From Verrucomicrobiaceae bacterium (lineage in GTDB: Bacteria; Verrucomicrobiota; Verrucomicrobiia; Verrucomicrobiales; Verrucomicrobiaceae), in the NCBI GenBank assembly GCA_027483245.1, contig JAIXVB010000279.1:9847-73846 (forward strand): DNA of 64,000 nucleotides, read 5' to 3'. A program made the translations under genes and the position numbers. Of this stretch, positions 1 to 9,711 are shown piece by piece (position 1 is the first letter of the stretch; each line of letters starts with the position of its first letter). Below the pieces are notes generated by a model. The model searched no databases. It saw only the letters and a list, made by a program, of their open reading frames with translations, and was not told where the DNA came from.

Positions 1-572
1 ATGAGGCGGCGGACGGGGGCCTCCTCCGGGTGGGGAGCGATCCCTTTCTCGTCCCAGGCATAGCCGAAAGGGGCCCGACCTCCGAGGGGCTTGCCGAGCT
101 TCGCGCGGATGGAGACGGAAGCGCGCACCCGGTCCACGATTTCCTCGCGCTCCCACTGGGCCATGGCCGCCACCATGTTGTAGAAGAGTCGCCCAGAGGG
201 GGTGCTGGTATCGATGCTCTCCTGCAGGGAGACCAAGTCGGCGTTATTGGCGCGGAAATAGTCGGAGAAATCCATCAGCTCCCGGGCGTTGCGGGTCAGC
301 CGGGCGAGCTTGGAAAAAACGAGAGCCTGAATGTGCCCACGCTTCACGTCGGCGAGCATTCTCTTCGTTTCCGGATGATCCATGACCGCCTTGCCGCTGA
401 CGCCCGCGAGGTCATACACCTCCGCCACCTCCCATTCCTTCGCAGCGCAGTAGTGCTCGGCACGGGCGCGGTGGTGCTCGGGGCTGTCGCCCTGAGCCTG
501 GTCTTCAGTGGAGACTCGTATCCAGATGCCGACCGGTCTGGATCCCGTTGGAGAAAAAGGCAATGCGGACAT
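1..572 (-). CDS. Large serine recombinase (integrase), 5' part; runs off the left edge
   Basis: Not in the ORF track (no stop in window). Manual minus-strand translation from ATG 572: [25 protein letters not shown]...[10 protein letters not shown]...[35 protein letters not shown]...GRAPFGY, i.e. catalytic RVST motif, resolvase domain and start of the recombinase domain. Confidence 0.93.
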   Translation of the reverse strand, partial: MSALPFSPTGSRPVGIWIRVSTEDQAQGDSPEHHRARAEHYCAAKEWEVAEVYDLAGVSGKAVMDHPETKRMLADVKRGHIQALVFSKLARLTRNARELMDFSDYFRANNADLVSLQESIDTSTPSGRLFYNMVAAMAQWEREEIVDRVRASVSIRAKLGKPLGGRAPFGYAWDEKGIAPHPEEAPVRRL

Positions 573-928
573 TGCTGCATATTATTCAACTTCGGGCCTT
601 TTCAAATAATCCCATGATCTAATTTCATTCTCTCCAGGTCGCTCCAGGCATGCCATTGCTCTCAGGGTTTACACCGCCCAACCCTTGAATATACTAGGTT
701 ATTTACCCACCATCGTTTCGCCACTTTGCGCAATTCAAAGATGGCCAAGGACGGGGCAAAATGAGATATCATGCCGCCCATGCGAGTCATTAAAATGAGC
801 GAGATGAACCCCAAAAACGCAATCTACCGGACGTATTTTTCGACTTTGAGAAACCATTTCGCTCCCAAATCCATCGTTGGACTCGGTGGTTGCTTTGAAG
901 CAGAGGGACAGCTATAAGATATTTTGCT

Positions 929-1864
929 ATGCATGACTTTACATACAGCGGCCATGAGAGTTTCAGCCTGAGAATCAGCTGGCTACCGAAGGCTGTGGCC
1001 GCTTTGGAAAAAGGTGAAGACCCGTTTTCAGATCCTCGTTTTGGGATGACTACACTTGGACTCGGTAAAAACATGATCCAGTCACTTCACTTTTGGGTGG
1101 TGGCAGCCGGCTTGGCCGACAGAACGGACAAAGGTCTGCGATTGACCGAGTTTGCGCAGAAGGTGCTTTGCCGGAAGCGAACCGGGTTCGATCCCTATTT
1201 GGAAAACACCCAGACACTTTGGCTCCTCCATTGGAATCTTTGCCACGGTTGGCTGGAAGGCGAAAAGCGTCGGCGTCCATACGCATGGCACTTCTTTATG
1301 AACATTCTGGCTAACGACGAAATCACGGCAACCGAGGCAATCGACCACTTTGCGGGTGGTCCGGTGGCGTCTGGAAAGGACCTTTCCGCTGTTACTTTGC
1401 GGCAGCATTTCGAAGTCTTCGTCCGCACCTATGTTCAGGGACAACCCGCAGGGCCACGAAGCACTCCAGAAGAAACGCTGGACAGTCCACTGACGACGAT
1501 TGGTCTACTCCGGGAGAACGGGGATCGCAAACTCCCCAATGGCAAGCGTGAAACTGTCTATCGGTTTGTCACCGGCAGCAAGCCGTCGCTCTCCTTCAAA
1601 ACGTTTCGTTACTGCCTTCACGAGTGGTGGGACCATAATCAAGCTGACGAAAAATCCCTTATGGTGCGGCAGATCGCCCACAGAGAAGACAGCCCCGGCC
1701 GATGCTTTCGTTTGCCGGAATCCGCCATCCACAAGATCCTAGTCGACCTGGCACGGGAGTATCCAAAGGAGTTTGAACTCACTGAGTCCAGGAGCCAGCG
1801 CGGCATCAGCCGCAATCTCCGTCCAGGCAGGGACGTGCTTCTCAGTTCAATCTACACTGCGTGA
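929..1864 (+). CDS. sspB: DUF4007 family protein, SspB-like nickase
   Basis: N-terminal FSGHESF-like motif (YSGHESFSLRISWLPKA), LGLGKNMIQSLHFW, FDPYLE..TLWLLHW; first gene of a DUF4007-ATPase-PAPS reductase-desulfurase cluster. Confidence 0.85.
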   Translation: MHDFTYSGHESFSLRISWLPKAVAALEKGEDPFSDPRFGMTTLGLGKNMIQSLHFWVVAAGLADRTDKGLRLTEFAQKVLCRKRTGFDPYLENTQTLWLLHWNLCHGWLEGEKRRRPYAWHFFMNILANDEITATEAIDHFAGGPVASGKDLSAVTLRQHFEVFVRTYVQGQPAGPRSTPEETLDSPLTTIGLLRENGDRKLPNGKRETVYRFVTGSKPSLSFKTFRYCLHEWWDHNQADEKSLMVRQIAHREDSPGRCFRLPESAIHKILVDLAREYPKEFELTESRSQRGISRNLRPGRDVLLSSIYTA

Positions 1865-4800
1865 AACCGATGCCCGCCAAATCCAAGACCACTGCGGTAA
1901 GCAACGGCAGCGCCAACGTCAGGGTCTCCGACCTGATGCATGTCAATCCGCGTTTCAGAAAATCCGTCCAGATAGAGCTGGACTTCCACGACCGTAATTC
2001 GACCTCCGGCTACGTTGCCACGGAGTTCGTCGTCCAAACCTTCAACTGGATACTTCCCGCCTTCGCCAGGGGAAGCACCCAGCGTGCATGGCGCCTCACG
2101 GGTGACTACGGCAGTGGTAAATCCGCATTTGTGCTCGCTCTTGCAAAAGCTGCCTGTGGCAAACAAAGTGAAATTCCCGTCGCCTTGAGGGGAAAAATAA
2201 GTACAGGCCTCCATCCCGTATTTGTAACCGGCGACCGCGAGCCTCTTCACGAGAGCATCGGCAAAGCGGTGATCAACCAGGTCCCCGGCTATTCGAAACG
2301 CCAGGTTCCGTCCAATACCCCACAGATGATAGCACTTCTGGAGAAGGCCCATAAGGACAGTGACCGGGGGATATTCCTTGTGCTGGATGAACTTGGAAAA
2401 AACCTGGAGTATGCGATGATGGAGCCTGCCAGCACCGACGTTTACGTCCTCCAACGGCTGGCCGAAATGTCTTCACGCTCCAACGACAAACCCTTTGTCG
2501 TCATAGCGATCCTTCACATGGGCATTGGCGCTTATACCAACGATTTGGACTCCACCACGCGCAGAGAATGGGATAAGGTGGCCGGTCGTTTCGACGAATT
2601 GCTCTTTCAACATCCGTTCGAACAAACCGTCCAGCTTTGCGCGGAGGCTATCGGGCTGGAAACGGACCGGTTGCCTCCAAGGTTCATTGAAGAAGCTTCC
2701 CGCACCATGGAATGGGCTGTGGAGGATGGTCTTTATGGAAGCGCCCCCGCCCAAACGCTTCGTGAAGTGGCTCCCAGGATTTTCCCTCTTCACCCTGTAG
2801 CCTTGCCTCCGCTAATGAACCTCCTTCGCAGGTTCTGTCAGAACGAGCGTTCCCTCTTCAGCTTCCTATCCGGTCACGAATCTGCCGCTTTACAGGAAGT
2901 CGCCGGACTGGAAATCGAGAAAGCAAGGTTCTTCCGCCTCGCCGATTTATACAACTACGTGCGCCAAAACATAGCGCACACGATGACAAATGGCAGAGCG
3001 ACTCATTGGCGGATCATTGAGTCTGTCGTGAGAAAGGTTGAAGATCCGGAAGAGGTGAATTGTCTGAAGTCCATAGGCATTCTCAATCTGCTTGATGACG
3101 ATGACATGCTCGCGACCCGTCAGATGCTCATCCGAGCGATGGGTGCAAAGACCCCTGGCGAGCAGACCTTCCTGTCAAGGCTAATTGATAGGTTGAAAGA
3201 GAAGAAACTTCTCTTCGAGCGCAGCGCTGTCCGCGGCTTCGCTTTGTGGCCGCACAGCAGTGTTCACCTTGATGATGCATTCGCCGACGCGAAAAAAGAA
3301 ATTGGAGCTCATACCGAGCCCATGCGCTTGGTTGCTTCCAAATTGGAAGGCCGCCAGATCGTAGCCCGACGCCATTATATCGAGACCGGCAACCTCCGTC
3401 ATTTCGAGCTGCAATTCCTTCCAGCCAAAGATTACGAACGTTTTTGCGGGGCTGGCCCCAAGGCGAGCTATGGGAATGCGGACGGATTCGTCGTCATCTT
3501 CCTTCCGGAAAATGAACGCGAACATCGTCAGATGCTCAATACCCTGAAAAGTGGGGCTGTTTATCCTAGTGATTCAGTGCTTGTAGGGCTTTCCCGCCCG
3601 CCGCTCGACCTGCTCGGCATCTCGAAAGACCTTCAAGCCTGGCAGTTCCTCCAAACCAATCTGAAAGAACTTTCGTCAGACGAATTCGCCCGGCGTGAAC
3701 TTCGGGGCCAAATCCGTATTGCCAAGGAGCGTCTCGATCATCAGATCGACCAGCTTCTGGGATGGAATCATAACCCGCGTCTCGTCTCGTGGTTCCGCAA
3801 AGGACACCCTGACGAACTCGAGCCAGATGGTCTGAGCAGTAAGCTGTCGCAGATCTGCGAGGAAATTTACAAGCGGTGTCCGAAGATCACCAACGAGTTG
3901 ATCAACCGCCGGGTCACCAGCTCTGCCGCTTCCCGCGCACGAACTGCTCTCATTGACGCCATCGCGATGAAGCCCGGCGCCGAGTATCTGGGCATGGATG
4001 ATTCAAAGAATCCGCCGGAAATGGCGATCTACCTTTCTGTCCTAAGAGCCGGCAACCTTCACATAAAAGGGGAAGACGGGATTTGGAAATTCGTTTTTCC
4101 GTCAAAGGCAGACGATCACTGCAGATTGCTCCCTGCTTTTGAAACCATCGAGAAGATCCTGAAACAGCACGACGCGCAGCGGGTCAAAGTTTCCGCCATC
4201 ATCGATGCCTTGCGGGACGCACCTATTGGAGCCCGAGATGGACTCATCCCCCTCATCCTTGCTCTTTACATCGCTGGACGGCGAAGCCAGACGGCCATTT
4301 TTGAAGACTCCACCTACACTCCCAATCTTGATGGTGATACTGCCCAACGACTGACGAAGGAGCCCGAGGCTTTCCAACTCCAGCACTGCGCCATTGAAGG
4401 GGACCGGATGGATACCTTTGATGCCATCGCCAAGGTCTTTAATGTCGAGAGGAGCTCCGATCCCGAGGTTCTAGACGTGGTCCGCCCGCTGATGGAGTTT
4501 GTTGCACGTTTGCCTGAATACAGCCGCTCCACGAAGAACCTCAGCAAAGAAGCCATCCGCGTCCGGACTATTCTCCTCGCGGCCCGAGACCCCGTCCAGT
4601 TGATCTTCCGCGATCTCCCTGAAGCACTACAGGGAGAAGGCGACAAGGTGCCTCTTGGGACTAAGGTCGCCCACTTGGTCGGTGAACTCAGTAGCAGCTA
4701 CGACGCGCTGCTTAGCCGCCTTTCCGCTTCGATCACCGAAGCATTTGGCACCAAAACAAAAATAGGCGACTTCCGCAAAGAACTTTCTGCACGATCCAAA

Positions 4801-5238
4801 GCTACAGCAAAACACGTGGTGGAAAGCGACCTCAAGTCTTTCGTCCTTCGCATCGGAGACGACGGACTGGACCTCCGGCAATGGCTCGAATCGATGGCCA
4901 ATCACCTTAGCAAGAAATCAGCAGTCCGGTGGGGCGACCCGGATGAGGAGGTATTCAACCAAAGGCTCATCGCATTCACCCAACGGATGCTCAGGACTGA
5001 AGCCGCCCAAGGCGACGTTACAAGGACCAAGATGGAAGGCGCTGGCGACCGGCTTGTCCGTGTTATACTCACCCAACCTGATGGTCACGAGCACGGTCAG
5101 CTTTTCTATTGGAGCGAAGCCGAGGAAGCCAAGGTTTCCGAGATAGAGCAACAAATCACCGCATTGATTCACAAACATGGGCGCGCCGGACTTGGTGCGA
5201 CTGCAAAGGCCCTCTGGGCGCATCTCCGAGACCAATGA
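1861..5238 (+). CDS. sspC: SspC-like P-loop ATPase (1125 aa)
   Basis: Walker A GDYGSGKS, Walker B FLVLDELGK, FCQNERSLFSFL motif; GTGA overlap with the upstream stop. Confidence 0.83.
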   Translation: MKPMPAKSKTTAVSNGSANVRVSDLMHVNPRFRKSVQIELDFHDRNSTSGYVATEFVVQTFNWILPAFARGSTQRAWRLTGDYGSGKSAFVLALAKAACGKQSEIPVALRGKISTGLHPVFVTGDREPLHESIGKAVINQVPGYSKRQVPSNTPQMIALLEKAHKDSDRGIFLVLDELGKNLEYAMMEPASTDVYVLQRLAEMSSRSNDKPFVVIAILHMGIGAYTNDLDSTTRREWDKVAGRFDELLFQHPFEQTVQLCAEAIGLETDRLPPRFIEEASRTMEWAVEDGLYGSAPAQTLREVAPRIFPLHPVALPPLMNLLRRFCQNERSLFSFLSGHESAALQEVAGLEIEKARFFRLADLYNYVRQNIAHTMTNGRATHWRIIESVVRKVEDPEEVNCLKSIGILNLLDDDDMLATRQMLIRAMGAKTPGEQTFLSRLIDRLKEKKLLFERSAVRGFALWPHSSVHLDDAFADAKKEIGAHTEPMRLVASKLEGRQIVARRHYIETGNLRHFELQFLPAKDYERFCGAGPKASYGNADGFVVIFLPENEREHRQMLNTLKSGAVYPSDSVLVGLSRPPLDLLGISKDLQAWQFLQTNLKELSSDEFARRELRGQIRIAKERLDHQIDQLLGWNHNPRLVSWFRKGHPDELEPDGLSSKLSQICEEIYKRCPKITNELINRRVTSSAASRARTALIDAIAMKPGAEYLGMDDSKNPPEMAIYLSVLRAGNLHIKGEDGIWKFVFPSKADDHCRLLPAFETIEKILKQHDAQRVKVSAIIDALRDAPIGARDGLIPLILALYIAGRRSQTAIFEDSTYTPNLDGDTAQRLTKEPEAFQLQHCAIEGDRMDTFDAIAKVFNVERSSDPEVLDVVRPLMEFVARLPEYSRSTKNLSKEAIRVRTILLAARDPVQLIFRDLPEALQGEGDKVPLGTKVAHLVGELSSSYDALLSRLSASITEAFGTKTKIGDFRKELSARSKATAKHVVESDLKSFVLRIGDDGLDLRQWLESMANHLSKKSAVRWGDPDEEVFNQRLIAFTQRMLRTEAAQGDVTRTKMEGAGDRLVRVILTQPDGHEHGQLFYWSEAEEAKVSEIEQQITALIHKHGRAGLGATAKALWAHLRDQ

Positions 5239-6071
5239 CGACGAAATCTCCATTCAATCCCGGAGGGAAGCCGGTCCGCCACATCCTGAGCCTTTCCGGC
5301 GGCAAAGATTCAGCAGCGCTGGCGATCCACATGCGCGACCGCATTGAGAACATGGAATACATTTTCCATGACACCGACAAAGAGCTGCCGGATACCTACG
5401 ACTACCTTAACCGCCTTGAAGACTACCTCGGCAAACGGATCGTCAAAACAACCTTTGGAACGACGTTCGACGATCTGCTGCGACGTTATGGTGGCATGCT
5501 ACCGTCAAATCATAGACGATGGTGCACACGGATGATGAAGTTAAAGCCGTTCGAGGACTATATCGGCGAGGATGTTTGCATCAATTACGTGGGCATCCGC
5601 GCCGATGAAGCCCGCATCGGATATGTTAGTCACAAACCAAACATCCAGGCGGTCTTTCCATTTCGGGAAGACGGCATTGATTATGAAGGAGTTCAACGAA
5701 TTCTAACAGATTCAGGGATCGGCATGCCTCCCTACACAGAATGGGGGCGAACACGATCAGGCTGTTTCTTCTGCTTCTACCAACAGAAAATAGAATGGGT
5801 TCGACTCAAACAACAATACCCTGAATTATTTGAGCAGGCCAAGGCTTACGAGAAGCCAAATCGAGTCAACGGAAATGTATTTTACTGGTGTCAGGACGAG
5901 CCCCTCACCGAACTAGAAAAGCCTGAGCGGATGGCGGAGATTCAAAATAAATGGGAGATTCAGCAGGCACGAGCGGTGCAGAGCCGCAAAAATCTGCCTC
6001 TTGTGACTTCACTGGCAGGTTTACAGATTCATGAGCCAGCTTCTTCAGGCTGCCTGATATGTCATCTATGA
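5235..6071 (+). CDS. sspD: PAPS reductase family protein, SspD-like
   Basis: PP-loop SLSGGKDS, RWCTRMMK, RSGCFFCF, C-terminal CLICHL; ATG 5235 overlaps the sspC stop (ATGA), so preferred over the ORF-track start 5109. Confidence 0.87.
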   Translation: MTTKSPFNPGGKPVRHILSLSGGKDSAALAIHMRDRIENMEYIFHDTDKELPDTYDYLNRLEDYLGKRIVKTTFGTTFDDLLRRYGGMLPSNHRRWCTRMMKLKPFEDYIGEDVCINYVGIRADEARIGYVSHKPNIQAVFPFREDGIDYEGVQRILTDSGIGMPPYTEWGRTRSGCFFCFYQQKIEWVRLKQQYPELFEQAKAYEKPNRVNGNVFYWCQDEPLTELEKPERMAEIQNKWEIQQARAVQSRKNLPLVTSLAGLQIHEPASSGCLICHL

Positions 6072-6084
6072 TTGTAACCAGATA

Positions 6085-7269
6085 ATGCCTTCCAAATTGA
6101 TATACCTAGACAATAATGCCACGTCGCGAGTTTACGATGAAGTGGTCGCGGCTATGGCACCATATTGGTCGGATATTTTCTTTAATCCCTCGTCTGAGGC
6201 GGGTGAATTGCTTGGAGCGCAAGATGCTGTTTCAAGTGCGAAAAGAGAGCTTGCCACCCACCTTGGAGGAAGCCCAGAGGAATTCATTTTTACATCTGGA
6301 GCAACAGAGGCAAACAACTGGGTCCTGAAATCAGTATGCTCCGATTTCCTTCTACAGCGTGGCGGCTGCACTGTGGTAGTTTCAGCGGTTGAACACCCCT
6401 CGATTCGCAGCACGGCGATGGCTCTTGCGGAGAGCGATCAGCGCATCAAATGCATAGAAGCACCGGTGACATCAGATGGAGTGGTAGATCTCGCAAAGCT
6501 AGAGAAGCTAATCACCCCGGAGACTTGCATTGTCTCAGTCATGATGGCCAACAATGAAAGCGGCGTGATTCAACCCCTGGCAGAAATCGCAAAGCACGTG
6601 AAGGCACTCAATTCCAATTGTCTGATCCACACTGATGCCACTCAGGCAGTGGGTCGTATAGTTATTGACTTGGACGACGATCTCAGGTCCGTTGACTTGC
6701 TTTCGTTGTCTGTGCATAAAAGCCATGGCCCAAAGGGTATCGGTGCACTATTTATTCGAAACGGTATTAAGCTCACTCCTTTAATCCACGGTGGCGGCCA
6801 GCAAGTCGGTCTACGTTCTGGCACAGAGAATCCAGCTTTGGCAATGGGACTGGCAAAGGCCATCGCACTCACGGCTGATCGCCGAAAGCTTCAGGGCACA
6901 TCAGCAAAGGTAATGTCCACGAAAGAACTCTTTGAGACCAGATTGCAATCTGTCGTAGATGGAATTGGAATTCTGGGCAAAACCGTTGCACGCCTCCCAA
7001 ACACCAGCCTGCTGCTCCTGCCTGGGCTCAACGGGGGGGATGTTGTCAGCAGCCTCCTCCAAGAGGGCATCATAGTCTCCACCGGATCGGCGTGCGACAG
7101 AGGAAGTGATGCGCCCTCACACGTTCTCCTGGCAATGGGTATGGATTATAACGATGCTTTTGACGCGATTCGAGTCTCGATGTCGTCTGAAACCGAAGTG
7201 GTTGAAGTCTTTGCTCTGATTTCAGCCCTTCAAAAGCTTGTTACTTCACACAGCCTGCGTAGTATTTAA
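6085..7269 (+). CDS. sspA: PLP-dependent cysteine desulfurase (IscS/SspA/DndA-like)
   Basis: YLDNNAT, FTSGATEANN, HTDATQAVG, SVHKSHGPKGIGAL (PLP lysine), STGSAC (catalytic Cys); sspA name assigned from context. Confidence 0.9.
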   Translation: MPSKLIYLDNNATSRVYDEVVAAMAPYWSDIFFNPSSEAGELLGAQDAVSSAKRELATHLGGSPEEFIFTSGATEANNWVLKSVCSDFLLQRGGCTVVVSAVEHPSIRSTAMALAESDQRIKCIEAPVTSDGVVDLAKLEKLITPETCIVSVMMANNESGVIQPLAEIAKHVKALNSNCLIHTDATQAVGRIVIDLDDDLRSVDLLSLSVHKSHGPKGIGALFIRNGIKLTPLIHGGGQQVGLRSGTENPALAMGLAKAIALTADRRKLQGTSAKVMSTKELFETRLQSVVDGIGILGKTVARLPNTSLLLLPGLNGGDVVSSLLQEGIIVSTGSACDRGSDAPSHVLLAMGMDYNDAFDAIRVSMSSETEVVEVFALISALQKLVTSHSLRSI

Positions 7270-7272
7270 TTT

Positions 7273-9711
7273 ATGGGTATAGAATTTAAAGCAAGAGTTT
7301 TGCTCGAGCTTGGAGCAGAGTTGATAAGCTCTGACGCAGTGGCATTTTACGAACTGATCAAGAATGCGATCGACGCCGGCTCTCCATCGGTCACTGTCTC
7401 AATACATGTAGCGTTACAATTCTCGGCGTATCAGGCACTACAAGAAGAACTGGCAGGGCACAGCCTATCCGGCTTCGATGGCAGAATTTTTCACGAAAGG
7501 GTCTGCGCATCCATGGAGGCCGACGCCCAAGAAGAAGTACGAGACGACTTTTTAACCACTTTCGGACACCCCCAAAGCGCGAAAGAAGCTAAGAAAGCAC
7601 TGACAGAGGCCTATTTGCGAGGAAGTTATATAGTCGTAGCTGACCATGGCCATGGAATGAATTCCGAGACCCTTCAGAAGGGGTATCTTACAATCGGAAC
7701 CCCTATGCGGCTTCTGTCAAAAAGTCGTTCAAATGAAGCCAATTGGAGCCACGAATCTGCACTCGGTGGGCAAACACTTGGCGAAAAGGGAATTGGTAGA
7801 CTTGCTGCAATGCGCCTGGGCCATTTCGTCCATGTGCGCACAGGCATGCAGGCGGATGCTGAAAATAAAAACACCCATTGGATGGAGCTCGAATTAGATT
7901 GGCGACCAATCTTCAAGGATCCAAATCTTGATTCATCTGCTTTAGATTATGAACCCCAACTGGGCTCAAAGAAGAATTCGCCGAAAGAGCACGGAACAAC
8001 GCTGACCATAAGGAGCCTGCAAGGTGATTGGCATACTGACAAAATTAGAGAGCTAGCAGAGACTCATCTTGCAAAGCTTTCCGATCCATTCGCTTCCGAT
8101 TTTATTCACGAACTGCTCAAGATTGAACTGCAGGGGGCAAAGGTTCCGTTGCCCGAGTTTGAAAATAACAAATTAAAAAAGGCAGACGCAATCTGCAAGG
8201 CACGGCTTCGCAAGGTGAAGGAGAATGCACTTCCCGACTCACCAGAAAAATTGGAGTTATTTATCGAGGTGGACTACCAACACTATCACGGTGCGCATAG
8301 GATCTGGAATCTCAGTGGCGAACACCTTGCAAGCTGCATCAAGGACCCCCCAGGTCGCCGGAAGAAGCCGAAGGCAAACGAATTGCTCCCCAACAGTGAG
8401 GCAGTCTTAGCATCGCTCCCAAAGCTCGGGCCATTCGAAATGGAATTTTATTGGTTCAACCGAGGTCGCATCATGCGAGAGGAGTTGGACGAATGGGAGC
8501 TCATCAAGGGCTTTGTGCGCAACTGGAGTGGCGGCTTATTGGTATACAGAGACGGATTTCGTGTATATCCATACGGCTCGCCTTCGGATGATTGGCTCGA
8601 TCTTGACCGGACCGCGCTGTCGGGTTCGGCCTACAAGCTAAATCGCGCTCAAATTATCGGTTTCCTGCGCATTTCTCAACAGGGCAATCCGGCTCTTCAG
8701 GATCAGACGAACCGCGAAGGATTCCGCGACTGTCCTGAAAAGGAGGCCTTACGCAGATTGCTACGGCATGTGATTGTCACGCACTGCCGACAGTTTCTGG
8801 AAGATACGCTAAAAAAGAATCTAAAGGAGCCGCCGGAGGAGATTGAATCGCTTGAGAAGAGAGTTAGTGACTCAGAGACCGTCGCTACAACAAAATTGTA
8901 TGAGCTTCAGAAAAGGGTTCCGGCCGAAGCTGAGCCAATCAATGAAATCATCCACCAGATTGGTGAAATTAGAGCAGCCTGGGAACGGGCAAAATCGACC
9001 ATCAAGGATCAAGAATCTGAGCTTGAGCAGTATGTTCATCTGGCTGGTGTTGGACTACAGGTTGAGTTCATCGCCCATGAACTCAGCAGAGTGACAGCCG
9101 ACGCTCTCAGATCCTTGAGAGATGGCGACGTATTGAAGGATGAATCGATCCGCCTCGGTTTGGAAATGCAGCTTAAGACGTTAGACAAGCGAATCAGGGT
9201 TCTAGATCTCCTTAGCATTCCTGGTCGGCAACGAAAGGGGATGGTCGAAATCGAAGACGTTGTGAAACTGCTCACTGAAATTCATGATGCGAAGATCAAA
9301 AGGCATGGTGTCGAGATTTCGATCATAAGATCATCCGATAAACCGTTTCGTGCTAAGGTAGAACAAGGCCAGATATTACAGATTTTGGACAACCTCTTTA
9401 GCAATTCATTTTACTGGCTCAATAATCGCTTTGATCGCTCAAAAGTGCCGACGATCACAATCACCCTGGACCCGCAGCAGAGATTGATCTCATTTGAAGA
9501 TAGCGGTCCAGGAGTGCAGCCTGACATGCAAGATGATATCTTCAAACCTTTCGTAACCACTAAACCCCCAGGGGATGGCCGAGGGCTTGGCCTTTTTATC
9601 TCCCGTAGGCTTGCCGAATACAATGATGCCACATTGGATCTTGGCCCTCCGGATCAGGATGGCAAGTTCCGTCGATTTGATCTTTCACTCAAGAATACGA
9701 AGAAGCCATGA
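7273..9711 (+). CDS. MORC/MutL-like GHKL ATPase fused to a C-terminal histidine kinase
   Basis: N-terminal GHKL boxes ELIKNAIDA, DHGHGM, GEKGIGRLA; C-terminal H-box FIAHEL, N-box QILDNLFSNS, G1 DSGPGV, F/G2 FKPFVTTK..GRGLGLFIS. Confidence 0.85.
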   Translation: MGIEFKARVLLELGAELISSDAVAFYELIKNAIDAGSPSVTVSIHVALQFSAYQALQEELAGHSLSGFDGRIFHERVCASMEADAQEEVRDDFLTTFGHPQSAKEAKKALTEAYLRGSYIVVADHGHGMNSETLQKGYLTIGTPMRLLSKSRSNEANWSHESALGGQTLGEKGIGRLAAMRLGHFVHVRTGMQADAENKNTHWMELELDWRPIFKDPNLDSSALDYEPQLGSKKNSPKEHGTTLTIRSLQGDWHTDKIRELAETHLAKLSDPFASDFIHELLKIELQGAKVPLPEFENNKLKKADAICKARLRKVKENALPDSPEKLELFIEVDYQHYHGAHRIWNLSGEHLASCIKDPPGRRKKPKANELLPNSEAVLASLPKLGPFEMEFYWFNRGRIMREELDEWELIKGFVRNWSGGLLVYRDGFRVYPYGSPSDDWLDLDRTALSGSAYKLNRAQIIGFLRISQQGNPALQDQTNREGFRDCPEKEALRRLLRHVIVTHCRQFLEDTLKKNLKEPPEEIESLEKRVSDSETVATTKLYELQKRVPAEAEPINEIIHQIGEIRAAWERAKSTIKDQESELEQYVHLAGVGLQVEFIAHELSRVTADALRSLRDGDVLKDESIRLGLEMQLKTLDKRIRVLDLLSIPGRQRKGMVEIEDVVKLLTEIHDAKIKRHGVEISIIRSSDKPFRAKVEQGQILQILDNLFSNSFYWLNNRFDRSKVPTITITLDPQQRLISFEDSGPGVQPDMQDDIFKPFVTTKPPGDGRGLGLFISRRLAEYNDATLDLGPPDQDGKFRRFDLSLKNTKKP

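Noticed and set aside
30-617. 195-aa plus-strand ORF in the track
   Set aside because: Antisense shadow of the serine recombinase, which has clear catalytic motifs on the minus strand.
929-7269. BREX type 4 interpretation (DUF4007 and PAPS reductase)
   Set aside because: No PglZ or BrxL in the window; gene order plus desulfurase fits sspBCD-A.
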